From positions 29,592 through 93,591 of the forward strand of contig CAVTMO010000009.1 in the NCBI GenBank assembly GCA_963735875.1: a stretch of DNA of 64,000 bases, read 5' to 3'. Source of the DNA: an uncultured Acidobacteriota bacterium. GTDB lineage: Bacteria; Acidobacteriota; Vicinamibacteria; Vicinamibacterales; UBA2999. The position numbers were made by a program, and so were the translations under genes. Position 1 is the stretch's first letter. Every line of letters starts with the position of its first letter. Below are positions 27,483-37,748 of this stretch, in pieces. The notes beneath the pieces were generated by a model. The model made no database searches. It was given only the letters and a program-made list of their open reading frames with translations, and was not told where the DNA came from.

Positions 27483-28703
27483 TCAAGCCGTCCGCGCGGC
27501 GCCGCGGCCGGCGGCGCGCCCCGTCGACCAGGCCCAGCTGAAGTTGTGGCCGCCGATCGGCCCGAACGCATCGAGCACTTCGCCGCAGAAGAAGAGGCCA
27601 GCCGCCCGGCGGCTCTCGAGCGTGCCGCGGTGGACTTCGTCGAGGGCCACGCCGCCGCCCGTGACCTCCGCGGTGCGGTAGCCCTCGTCGCCCGTCCAGG
27701 GGAGATTGTAGGCCGTGAGCGCCCGCAGCAGGCGCGTTCGCTCCTCGCGACGCAGCTGGACACAGGGGCGATCGTCGGGCACGCCGGCCTCGCGCACCAG
27801 CAGATCGGCCAGGCGCTGCGGCAGGTGGCGCCCCACGGCCGTGACGACGCGCCCGCGGGCGCCGGCCAGGTAGGCGGTCCAGGCGGCCGCGTCCATCGCT
27901 GTCCACGCTGCCTGCACGGTCGCACGCGCGGCCTCGGGCCACTGGCTGCGAACAGCCACGTGCGAGACGTCGAGCACGGCCGGCCCGCTGTAGCCGCGGT
28001 GGGTGAAGAGGAAGCCGCCGGTCGATCGCGCCCGTTCGCGGGCCGACGCGGCGCCGAGCGACGCCTCGAGGGACACGCCGGCCAGCCCGGCGTGCACCGC
28101 CGGGACGGTCGTCAGCGGGGTGAGCGCGGCATAGGTCGGGTGGATGCGGTGACCGAGCGTGCGGGCCAGCTCGAGCCCGAAGCCGTCGCTGCCGGTCGAG
28201 GGCACCGAGAGCCCGCCGGTGGCGACGATCACGCGCGCGTGGCCGATCTCGCCGCGCGATGTGCGAACCATCCACCCGTCGCCGTTCCGGCGGACCTCGA
28301 CCACCGCCGCGCCGAACTGCAGCGTCACCCCGGCGCCTCGCGCGTGCGCGACCAGGCCGTCGCGAACGTCGCGGGCCCGGTTCGAGGCTGGAAAGAGCTT
28401 GCCGCTCGCCGCCTCGAGCGCCAGCGGGATTCGCAGCGTCTCCTCGAAGAACCGCCGCTGCTCGCGAAGCGGCCAGGCGCCGAGCAGCGCCGCGACCAGC
28501 GGGCGAGGCGAGTCGCTGACGAATCGCCGGGGCGCGGCGGTCGACGGCAGCACGTTGCACCGGCCGCCGCCGCTGATCAGGATTTTGCGGCCGCCGTCGG
28601 CGGTGCGCTCGACCAGCGTCACCTCGGCCCCGGCGTCGCGGGCGGCAATCGCCGCCATCAGCCCGGCGGCGCCGGCGCCGATCACCACGACCTGCGGCGT
28701 CAC
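27483..28703 (-). CDS. HI0933/BaiN-like NAD(P)/FAD-dependent flavoprotein
   Basis: GTG 28703. VVVIGAGAAGLMAAIAA dinucleotide fold, ISGGGRCN, and C-terminal GEVLDAFGPIGGHNF. The remainder of ORF 27483..29951 is a shadow. Confidence 0.85.
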   Translation of the reverse strand: MTPQVVVIGAGAAGLMAAIAARDAGAEVTLVERTADGGRKILISGGGRCNVLPSTAAPRRFVSDSPRPLVAALLGAWPLREQRRFFEETLRIPLALEAASGKLFPASNRARDVRDGLVAHARGAGVTLQFGAAVVEVRRNGDGWMVRTSRGEIGHARVIVATGGLSVPSTGSDGFGLELARTLGHRIHPTYAALTPLTTVPAVHAGLAGVSLEASLGAASARERARSTGGFLFTHRGYSGPAVLDVSHVAVRSQWPEAARATVQAAWTAMDAAAWTAYLAGARGRVVTAVGRHLPQRLADLLVREAGVPDDRPCVQLRREERTRLLRALTAYNLPWTGDEGYRTAEVTGGGVALDEVHRGTLESRRAAGLFFCGEVLDAFGPIGGHNFSWAWSTGRAAGRGAARTA

Positions 28704-28772
28704 CCGGCTGGTCCCGGATCCACGCGGGAAGCGGTCGCGAACGCCACGGCAGTCATCGTATCGTGTTCGTCG

Positions 28773-29702
28773 ATGAGCCTCGCCCGTGCCGCCCTGCTCA
28801 AGATCTCCGACAGCCAGTGGATGCGCGAGCACGGCGTGAAGGCGCCGTTCGTGCGCCGGGCCGTCGCCACGTTCATGCCCGGCGAAACCGCCGCCGACAT
28901 GCTGGCCGCGGCCACCGCCCAGGCCGCCAGCGGCATCGGCGCCATCTTCACGCGGCTCGGCGAGAACGTCGTCGACATGGCCGAGGCCGAGCGCGTGACC
29001 GACCACTACCTGTCGGTGATCGACCAGGTGCAGGCCCGCCGCCTCGCCTGCGAGCCGTCGATCAAGCTCACCCAGCTCGGTCTCGACGTCGATCCCGACC
29101 GGGCCTTCGCCAATGCCCTGGCCATCGGGCGCAAGGCCGACGAGGCCGGCAACTACTTCTGGGTCGACATGGAGCAGTCGCCCTATGTCGATCGCACGCT
29201 CGACGCCGTGCGGCGCCTGCGCGATCAGGTGCCGCACATCGGCGTGGCGCTGCAGGCCTACCTGCACCGCACCGCCGACGATGTGGCGTCGATGATCGCC
29301 CGCGGCATCGGCATCCGGCTGGTGAAGGGCGCCTACGCCGAACCGGCGGCGATCGCCTTCCCGAAGAAGGCCGACGTCGATGCCAACTACTTCAGGCTGG
29401 CGCAGCTGATGCTCAGCCCCGGCGCCCGCGCCAGCGGATCGCGGGCCGTGTTCGGCACCCACGACACCGCGATCATCCGCGCCATCGAACAGCACGGCGA
29501 CGGGCAGCGGCTGGCGCCAACCGACTACGAGATCCACATGCTCTACGGCATCCAGCGCGGCGAGCAGCGCCGCCTGGCGCGCGAACGCAAGAACGTGCGG
29601 GTGCTCATCGCCTACGGCACCTACTGGTTCCCGTGGTACATGCGGCGGCTGGCCGAACGGCCGGCCAACGTCTGGTTCGTGGCCAAGAGCCTCTTCCGCT
29701 AG
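28773..29702 (+). CDS. proline dehydrogenase
   Basis: 310 aa from ATG 28773. Monofunctional ProDH pattern (SIKLTQLGL, VDMEQSPYVD, ALQAYLHR, IRLVKGAY, THD, MLYGI). Confidence 0.85.
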   Translation: MSLARAALLKISDSQWMREHGVKAPFVRRAVATFMPGETAADMLAAATAQAASGIGAIFTRLGENVVDMAEAERVTDHYLSVIDQVQARRLACEPSIKLTQLGLDVDPDRAFANALAIGRKADEAGNYFWVDMEQSPYVDRTLDAVRRLRDQVPHIGVALQAYLHRTADDVASMIARGIGIRLVKGAYAEPAAIAFPKKADVDANYFRLAQLMLSPGARASGSRAVFGTHDTAIIRAIEQHGDGQRLAPTDYEIHMLYGIQRGEQRRLARERKNVRVLIAYGTYWFPWYMRRLAERPANVWFVAKSLFR

Positions 29703-29710
29703 GAGCGGAG

Positions 29711-30238
29711 CTACCAGCCCTGCCGCGCGCGCAGCGAGGTGATGTGCGCGGTGTGATGGCGGCAATGCCATTCGTAGAGCGCCAGCACGTCGTGCAACGT
29801 CATCGACCCGCGGTCGGGGTGGAGCAGCGTACGCTTCCACTGCACGTCGCTGAACGAGCGCAGCAGCATCACCCAGCGGGTGTGCAGCGCGTCGAGCAGG
29901 TCGAGGGAGACCACGACCGGCGCGGTCTTCGCGTCGACGAACTCGGCCCATACCGCCTCGGGGTACGGCTTGATCGTCGGGTGGTCCTCGCTCAGCGCGA
30001 ATTTGGTGCGCAGGTAGGCATTGAGATGGCTGTCGACCACGTGGTGCACCACCTGGCGCGAGGTCCAGCCCTCGGGACGATACGGCGTCTCGAGCTGGGC
30101 GTCGGTGAGGCCGGCGACGGCGAGGCGGAAGCGGGCGGGCGCCTCGGCCAAGGTGGTCAGGGCGGTGGCCTGGAACGCCGGGGTGAACGCCGCGGGGGGC
30201 GTGAAGTCGCCGACGGGGTAGCGGAGGTCTGCGGACAT
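29711..30238 (-). CDS. DinB/YfiT-family metal-dependent (thiol) transferase-like protein
   Basis: MSADLRYPVGDF.., TPYRPEGWTSRQVVHHVVDSHLNAY, YEWHCRHHTAHI. Close pattern match to Bacillus YfiT. Confidence 0.85.
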   Translation of the reverse strand: MSADLRYPVGDFTPPAAFTPAFQATALTTLAEAPARFRLAVAGLTDAQLETPYRPEGWTSRQVVHHVVDSHLNAYLRTKFALSEDHPTIKPYPEAVWAEFVDAKTAPVVVSLDLLDALHTRWVMLLRSFSDVQWKRTLLHPDRGSMTLHDVLALYEWHCRHHTAHITSLRARQGW

Positions 30239-30309
30239 GCCGGCCAGTGTGGCGTGGGGCCGCCCGCCCGTCGAGTGGCAGGAATGACAGCTTACGTTAA
30301 AATCCTGCC

Positions 30310-31287
30310 ATGCCCGCACGCGTGCCGTCCGGTCCCGCCAATCGCCTCGTCGTCGTGCTCGCCTGCGACGGCGTGAGCCTGTTCGAGTTCGGCATCGTCG
30401 CCGAGGTGTTCGCCCTCCGCCGGCCCGAGCTCGGCGTGCCGTGGTACGACTTCGCGGTGGTGAGCTACGACCCGCCGCCGCTCCGGGCCACTGGCGGCGT
30501 CCGCCTCCTGCCCACGCATTCCGTACGGGCGCTGGCTCGCGCCGGTACGATCGTCATTCCCAACTGGCGCGACCTCGACGAAGCCCCGCCCACGGCGATG
30601 CTCGACGCGCTGCGCGCGGCCAACGCCCGTGGAGCGCGGCTGATGTCGGTGTGCTCGGGCGCCTTCGTACTGGCCGCCGCCGGCCTGCTCGACGGCCGGC
30701 GTGCCACCACGCACTGGCGCCACGCCAGCAAGCTGGCCGCGAAGTACCCGACGGTCCGGGTCGAGCCGTCGGTGCTCTACGTGGAGGACGGCAGCATCTA
30801 CACCGCGGCCGGCAGCGCCGCCGGCATCGACCTCGGCCTGCATCTGGTCCGCCAGGACTACGGCTCGGCGATCGCCAACCAGGTAGCGCGGCGCATGGTG
30901 GTGCCGCCGCACCGCGAGGGCGGGCAATCGCAGTTCGTGGCCACGGCGATGCCGGCGCCGGACGGATCGCTGGCGCCGATCATGGAGTGGGCCAGCGGAC
31001 GTCTCGATCAGCCGCTCGACGCGGCAACGCTGGCCCGCAAGGGCCGGATGTCGATGCGGACGCTGGCCCGCCGGTTCGAGGCCCAGGCCGGGACCACGCC
31101 GCACCAGTGGCTCACCCATCAGCGCGTGCTGGCGGCGCAGCGGCTGCTCGAGACCTCCGACGCGTCGATCGAGCGCGTCGCCGAACTGTCGGGATTCACG
31201 ACGCCCGAGACGCTGCGGCATCACTTCCGGCGCCGCGTCGGGACGTCACCGGGCGCGTATCGGCGACGGTTCGCGCAGTCCGCGTAG
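30310..31287 (+). CDS. GlxA-family transcriptional regulator (DJ-1-like domain + AraC HTH)
   Basis: SVCSGAFVLAAAGLLDGRRATTHW in the N-domain and an AraC-type double HTH at the C-terminus. Confidence 0.85.
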   Translation: MPARVPSGPANRLVVVLACDGVSLFEFGIVAEVFALRRPELGVPWYDFAVVSYDPPPLRATGGVRLLPTHSVRALARAGTIVIPNWRDLDEAPPTAMLDALRAANARGARLMSVCSGAFVLAAAGLLDGRRATTHWRHASKLAAKYPTVRVEPSVLYVEDGSIYTAAGSAAGIDLGLHLVRQDYGSAIANQVARRMVVPPHREGGQSQFVATAMPAPDGSLAPIMEWASGRLDQPLDAATLARKGRMSMRTLARRFEAQAGTTPHQWLTHQRVLAAQRLLETSDASIERVAELSGFTTPETLRHHFRRRVGTSPGAYRRRFAQSA

Positions 31288-31312
31288 TCAGGCGGCGCAC
31301 GAGCCGGCCGTA

Positions 31313-32824
31313 TCAGCGCATCACGTCGTCGACCGGGACGATCGTGACCGGGCCCAGGTTGGTCGCCCGCACCGGCGCCTCGATGGTAGCGCGGTCGCCG
31401 ACGATCACCACCGCCAGGCGGTCCATCAGCAGGTACGACTTGGCGACCCGGGTCATGTCGGCGGCGGTCACCTTCTGCACCTGGGCGACGTAGCTCGTGA
31501 AGACGTCGTCGGGCAGCTGGTAGGTGACCATCTCCTCGAGCTTCACCGCCAGCTGGCCGGTGGTCTCGAACTCGCCGGCGAACGACAGCGCCGCGTAGCT
31601 CTTGGCCTTCTCGAGTTCCTCGGCCGGGATCGGCTGCAGCATGCCGTTCAGCTCGTTGAAGAACTCTTTCAGCGCGTCGGCGGTCTTGTCGGTCTGCACG
31701 CCGGCGCCGGCCTGGAACGGCCCGGCCGACCGCCGCATGTCGAACCGCGACGACGCCCCGTAGGCGTAGCCGTTCTTCTCGCGCAGGTTGGTGTTGAGCC
31801 GCGAGGTGAACGAGCCGCCGAGAATCGTGTTCCACACGTCGAGGGCGATGTAGTCGGGGGTCGAGCGCGGCACGCCGACCAGCCCGATCCGGATCTGCGA
31901 CTGCGCCGCGCCCGGTTTGTCGACGATGAAGATCTGGCGCTTGCCGGGCTGCGGTGCGACCCGCGTGGGAAAGGCTGGCGCAGCCGGGGCGGCGGCCTTC
32001 CACGCCCCGAAGCGCTGGTCGACCAGCGGCCGCAGCGCCGCCGCCGTCACGTCGCCGACGACGATGAGCACGGCGTTGTCGGGACGGTAGTGGCCGCGAT
32101 GGAACGTCCGCAGCTCGTTGACCCCCATCGCCTTCAACGACGCCTCGGTGCCGCCGGCCGCCGTACCGTAGCGATGTTCGGGACCATAGAGCAGCCGCGG
32201 GAAGGCGATCCCGGCCAGCGACTGGGGCTCGTCGCGCGCTTGCAGCAGCGTCGTGAGGCGGTCGGTGCGCAGCCGCTCGAGCTCTTCGGTGGGAAAGTCG
32301 GGCGTCAGGGTGACGTCGGCCAGCAGGCCGAGCGCCTCGCTGAGCTTCGATGCCGGCGTCGAAAGGCGCACCACCGACGCGTCGAACGACGCGCCTGTGG
32401 TGATCTCCGCGCCCAGGAACTCGACCTCGTCGGCCAGGGCGAGCGCGGCCTTGCCGGCGGCGCCCTCGTCGAGCATCGCCGCCGTCATGCTGGCGGCGCC
32501 GAACTGTCCAGGGACATCGGCGGCAGCGCCCGACAGCACCACCAGGTTCGCCTGCACGATCGGCACCTCGTGGTTCTCGAGCAGCCACAGCCGCAGGCCG
32601 TTGCCCAACGTCAGCTTCTGCACCTCGGGGAGGCGCAACGCCGGCGCCGGGCCGAGCGCCGGCGGCTTCGAGCGATCGGGCCCCTGCTGGGCGCCAAGCG
32701 TCGCGGCTAGTGCGACGGCAATGGCCACCACCAACCCCAGGTAGTGGGGTCTGGCACCGTTGACACAGGGCGTTGCCGTGCCTATGCGGGTGGCAGATTC
32801 TGGGCCCACCAGCCGCGCGCTCAC
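31313..32824 (-). CDS. M16-family peptidase, non-catalytic-type subunit
   Basis: 503 aa with an insulinase fold but no HxxEH motif. Overlaps the upstream M16 gene by 4 nt. Confidence 0.85.
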   Translation of the reverse strand: MSARLVGPESATRIGTATPCVNGARPHYLGLVVAIAVALAATLGAQQGPDRSKPPALGPAPALRLPEVQKLTLGNGLRLWLLENHEVPIVQANLVVLSGAAADVPGQFGAASMTAAMLDEGAAGKAALALADEVEFLGAEITTGASFDASVVRLSTPASKLSEALGLLADVTLTPDFPTEELERLRTDRLTTLLQARDEPQSLAGIAFPRLLYGPEHRYGTAAGGTEASLKAMGVNELRTFHRGHYRPDNAVLIVVGDVTAAALRPLVDQRFGAWKAAAPAAPAFPTRVAPQPGKRQIFIVDKPGAAQSQIRIGLVGVPRSTPDYIALDVWNTILGGSFTSRLNTNLREKNGYAYGASSRFDMRRSAGPFQAGAGVQTDKTADALKEFFNELNGMLQPIPAEELEKAKSYAALSFAGEFETTGQLAVKLEEMVTYQLPDDVFTSYVAQVQKVTAADMTRVAKSYLLMDRLAVVIVGDRATIEAPVRATNLGPVTIVPVDDVMR

Positions 32825-34185
32825 TTCGCGCCTCCTGGCAGGACGATCATCTCCACGCGCCGATCCTTGGGCAGGTAGCGCTGCACGATCGACGAGATGT
32901 CAGTGGCGTCGAGCGAGCGGTAGCGGGCCAGGTCCTCGTTGAAGAAGTCCGGCATCCCGGTGTTGGTGTAGTACGCGTTCAACTGGTTGGCCTTGCCGCC
33001 GAACCCGCCGACCCGCTCGGCCTGACGCAGGAACGATGCCTCGATCTGGTTGAGCGCGCGCTCGAGCTCGCGCGGCTCAGGAGGCGCCGCCGCCAGCTTG
33101 TCGATCTCTTCGTCGATCACCTTCTGCAGCTCCTCGACCGTCTTGCCGGGCCGCGCCGTGGCCTGCAGGTAGAAGGCACTGCCGAGCACCTGCGACTGCT
33201 GGAAGGCGGCCACGTCCTGGGCGATCTGCAGGTCGTAGACGAGGCGTTTGTAGAGCCGCGAGTTCTTGCCGCTCGTCAACAGCGACGAGACGACGTCGAG
33301 CGCGGCGTCGCCCGGCCGGTGCAGTCCCGGCGTGAGCCACGCCAGGTAGAGCCGCGGCAACTGCACGCGATCGGTCACGGTCTTGCGGGTTACCGCGGTG
33401 AGCATCGCCGGCGGCGGGGCCACCGGCGGCACCGGCTTGCCGGTGGGCACGTCGCTGAACCACTTCTCGACCATCGCGCGGGTCTTGGCAAAATCGAGAT
33501 CGCCGGCGATCACCAGGCTGGCGTTGTTCGGCGCGTAGTAGGTGCGGAAGAACTCCTGCACGTCCTGGTGGCTGGCGGCGGAGAGATCCTCCATCGAGCC
33601 GATGGTCGACCAGCTGTAGGGATGGCCCTTCGGCCACAGCAGCGTGTCGAGCTCGAGCTCGGCCATCCCGTAGGGACGATTCTCGTAGCTCTGGCGGCGC
33701 TCGTTCTTCACCACGTCGCGCTGGCCGTCGACGCGCGCCGGGCTCATCGTGTCGAGCAGGTAGCCCATGCGATCCGATTCCAGGAAGAGCATCAGATCGA
33801 GCGCGTTCGACGGGCCGTCGATGTAGTAGTTGGTGCGGTCGGTATTGGTCGAGCCGTTGTTGTTGGCGCCGGCCCCCTCGAGCCAGGTGTCGAACGACCC
33901 CTCGGGAACGTGCTTCGAACCCTCGAACATCAGGTGCTCGAAGAGGTGCGCGAAACCGGTCCGCCCCAGCTTCTCGTTGCCCGAACCCACGTGATACCAG
34001 ACGTTCAGCGCCACCACCGGCACGCTGGTGTCACGGTGCAGGATCACGTGCAGGCCGTTGGGCAGGGTGAACTCCTGGAACGGCACGATGAGATGGGCGG
34101 CCGGCGCCTGGGCCCGGGCGTCGGCGCCGACGAGGCACGCCAGGATCGCAAGGCCGGCGACGTCGAGACGGCGGCTGGTGAACAT
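32821..34185 (-). CDS. M16-family zinc peptidase (catalytic subunit)
   Basis: ATG 34185 (MFTSRRLDVAGLAILACLVGADARAQ signal peptide). Inverted zinc motif HLFEH (HxxEH). Confidence 0.85.
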   Translation of the reverse strand: MFTSRRLDVAGLAILACLVGADARAQAPAAHLIVPFQEFTLPNGLHVILHRDTSVPVVALNVWYHVGSGNEKLGRTGFAHLFEHLMFEGSKHVPEGSFDTWLEGAGANNNGSTNTDRTNYYIDGPSNALDLMLFLESDRMGYLLDTMSPARVDGQRDVVKNERRQSYENRPYGMAELELDTLLWPKGHPYSWSTIGSMEDLSAASHQDVQEFFRTYYAPNNASLVIAGDLDFAKTRAMVEKWFSDVPTGKPVPPVAPPPAMLTAVTRKTVTDRVQLPRLYLAWLTPGLHRPGDAALDVVSSLLTSGKNSRLYKRLVYDLQIAQDVAAFQQSQVLGSAFYLQATARPGKTVEELQKVIDEEIDKLAAAPPEPRELERALNQIEASFLRQAERVGGFGGKANQLNAYYTNTGMPDFFNEDLARYRSLDATDISSIVQRYLPKDRRVEMIVLPGGAK

Positions 34186-34222
34186 GGCGCCAGTGTAGCG
34201 CGCCGAAATCGGCGCCGGTCGG

Positions 34223-34256
34223 CCCGGTCCCTGATCCCCGGTCCCCGGTCCCCGCC
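34223..34256 (-). repeat. C-rich (minus-strand GGGGACC) G-tract repeat
   Basis: CCCGGTCCCTGATCCCCGGTCCCCGGTCCCCGCC in the divergent M16/purE spacer. Five C3-4 tracts give a G4 motif on the minus strand. Confidence 0.7.
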
Positions 34257-34291
34257 TTTTGATAAGCTTTCCGCTTCCCGAGACCTCCCAA

Positions 34292-34774
34292 GTGGCCGCA
34301 CCGCTCGTCGCCGTGATCATGGGATCGAAGTCCGACTGGGACACGATGTCGCACGCGGCGGCCGTGCTCGACGAGTTCGGCGTGCCCTACCTGAAGCAGG
34401 TCGTCTCGGCGCACCGCACGCCCGCCTGGATGGCCGAGTTCGCCGAGGGCGCCGAGGCCCAGGGCTTGAAGGTCATCATCGCCGGCGCCGGCGGCGCCGC
34501 CCATCTCCCCGGCATGGTCGCCGCGCTACACCACCCTGCCGGTGCTGGGCGTGCCGGTGCAGAGCGCGGCGCTGCAGGGACTCGACTCGCTGCTGTCGAT
34601 CGTGCAGATGCCGGGCGGCGTCCCGGTGGCGACGCTGGCGATCGGCAAGCCCGGGGCGAAGAACGCCGGGCTGCTGGCCGTCGCGATCCTCGCCACGGCG
34701 CGGCCCGACCTGGCGGCTCGCCTCAAGGCCTTCCGTGAGGCTCAGTCGCGCTCGGTACGGGAAGACGCCTTGCC

Positions 34775-34778
<4 letters not shown>
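34292..34778 (+). CDS. purE: 5-(carboxyamino)imidazole ribonucleotide mutase, one frame break at ~34526
   Basis: [34 protein letters not shown] in one frame, then [39 protein letters not shown] in the next frame (ORF 34542..34778). Length is 3n+1. Start is GTG 34292 or TTG 34259. Confidence 0.85.
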
Positions 34779-35909
<1,131 letters not shown>

Positions 35910-35923
35910 TCCCGGAGCTCCTC

Positions 35924-37448
35924 ATGCCAAGCCGCTACGCCCGTCGTCGCCTTCGTCCTCGTCCGCGCCGTCGCCGTGATGGTGACCGCGGTCGTCATGA
36001 CCGCCGGCCACCCCGTCCACGCCCAGGACGCCGCGGTCCTCGCCGAGATCGATCGCGGGATGGAGCACTACCGCCTCGACGCCCACATCCCGGGCATGGT
36101 GTGGGGCATCGTGAAGGACGGCCGGCTCGTCCACGTGAAGGGCGTCGGCCTGCAGGACGTCGAGTCGAAGCGTCCGGTCACCGCCGACACCCTCTTCCGC
36201 ATCGCGTCGATGACCAAGGCCTTCACGGCGCTGTCGATCCTCAAGCTGCGCGACGACGGCAAGCTCGTCCTCGACGCGCCGGCCGAGACTTACGTGCCCG
36301 AGCTGCGCGGCTGGCGCCCACCCACCGAGGACTCGCCGAAGATCCGCGTGCGCGAGCTCCTCACCCACACCGCCGGACTGGTCACCGACGATCCGTGGGG
36401 CGACCGGCAGACGCCGCTCCCCGAGGAGGACTTCACGCGGCTGCTGCGCGAGGGCGTCCCGTTCACCAGGCCGACCGCCACGGCGATGGAGTACTCGAAC
36501 CTCGGCTACGCGCTGCTGGGCCGGATCGTCGCCAACGTCTCCGGGCAGCCGTACAAGGACTTCGTCCAGCGCACGCTGCTGACCCCGCTGGGGATGAGCT
36601 CCACCGGCTACGACGTGAGCGCGGCGCCGGCTGAACGCCGCGCCCTCGGCTATCGCTGGGAAGACCATGGCTGGAAGCTCGAACCGACGATGGCGCACGG
36701 CGCCTTCGGCGCGATGGGCGGCATCCAGACGAGCGCCAACGACTACGCGAAGTGGGTCGCCTATCTGCTGTCGGCGTGGCCGGCGCGCGACGGCGCCGAC
36801 AGCGGGCCGGTGCGGCGGTCGAGCGTGCGCGAGCTGGCGCAGGGCGGCAACTACCTGTCGGTGCGGCCGCGGCCGGGCGCCAGCGGCGCCTCGGCGTGCC
36901 GCACCGCCGTCGCCTACGGCATGGGGATGGGCGTCGCCGTCGATTGCGAGCTCGGGCTCACGCTGAGTCACGGCGGCGGCTACCCCGGGTACGGCTCGTT
37001 CGTGCTGCTGCTCCCGGAGTTCGGCGTCGGCATCTTCGCGCTCTCGAATCGCACCTACGCCGGACCACGCCCGCCGGTGTGGGACGCCGCGGTCGCCCTG
37101 TACCAGGCCGGCGAGCTGACGCCGCGGCCCGCCGTGGTGTCGCCGGCACTGGCGACGGCCTATGCGGCCGCCATCCGGATGTTCGAGTCGTCCTCGGTCA
37201 CCGCGTCGTCCGGGACCCTGGCGATGAACTTCCTGATGGATCGCGACGCCGAGCACTGGGCGCGCGACCTGGCCGCGCTCAAGTCTGAAGTCGGGACGTG
37301 CGATACGGCGGCGTCGATCACTGCCACCGGTGCGCTGTCGGGCGAGTTCACCTGGCGGTGCGAGCGGGGACGCGTTCGCGGGACTGTGCTGCTCGCCCCC
37401 ACACGCGCGCCACAGATCCAAGCGCTCAGCTTGGCTCGCATTCAGTGA
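35924..37448 (+). CDS. serine hydrolase / beta-lactamase-family protein (class C-like); probable frame break at ~35941
   Basis: SxxK (SMTK) and YxN (YSN) motifs. ORF 35976..37448 lacks a proper start. ATG 35924 with GGAG 6 nt upstream gives MPSRYA, and deleting one C gives a continuous signal peptide ..VVAFVLVRAVAVMVTAVVMTAGHPVHA. Confidence 0.8.
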
Positions 37449-37460
37449 TGGGTTCACTCA

Positions 37461-37716
37461 ATCTGGTGATCTATTGATGTGGTGATCTAGTGATCGATCT
37501 GGGGATCGGGTGATCTGGTGATCTGGTGATCGATCTGATGATCTGACGGTCGCGTGCTCTCGCACCGCGCAGAGACCCTGACGCTGCCGCCGATGGCGCG
37601 CGGCCGATCACCAGATCTGCAGATCGCCAGATAGATTGCTAGATAGATCACAAGTTCAAGAGATCACCCGATCGACAGATCGATCACCCGATCACCAGAT
37701 CAAGAGATCAAGAGAT
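37461..37716. repeat. GATC-saturated imperfect palindrome built from 8-bp units (ATCTGGTG / CACCAGAT) around a GC-rich core
   Basis: Left arm 37461-37546 has about 10 tandem 8-mers. Right arm 37606-37716 has the reverse-complement units. I count 21 GATC by hand in 37468-37709. Local GC is clearly below the surrounding sequence. Confidence 0.9.
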
Positions 37717-37733
37717 GTGCCACGAACATCTCT
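37711..37733 (-). terminator. candidate stem-loop terminator of the S9 peptidase gene
   Basis: AGAGATGT-GCCACGA-ACATCTCT (8-bp stem) lies 16 nt past the stop. It is followed on the minus strand by the U-containing tract TGATCTCTTGATCT. Confidence 0.35.
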
Positions 37734-37748
37734 ATGCCACTGACATCT

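Noticed and set aside
27360-28772. N-terminal 470 aa of the 780-aa ORF 27360..29702(+)
   Set aside because: Only the part from ATG 28773 looks like proline dehydrogenase. The upstream part is the shadow of the minus-strand HI0933-like flavoprotein gene (27483..28703), which has clear FAD motifs.
35910-36634. C-terminal extension that would make PurK 619 aa
   Set aside because: The sequence after ..AARDVLL is Arg/Pro-rich nonsense and overlaps the well-supported serine hydrolase gene in another frame. It is best explained by a 1-nt indel that removes the TGA at 35907 from the frame.
37461-37716. Replication origin (oriC) or a CRISPR array as an explanation for the GATC repeat block
   Set aside because: I found no DnaA-box-like 9-mers (TTATCCACA or its complement), no AT-rich unwinding element, and no dnaA/dnaN nearby. 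The 8-nt units have no unique spacers and no cas genes are present, so it is not CRISPR. It is kept as an unexplained repeat instead.
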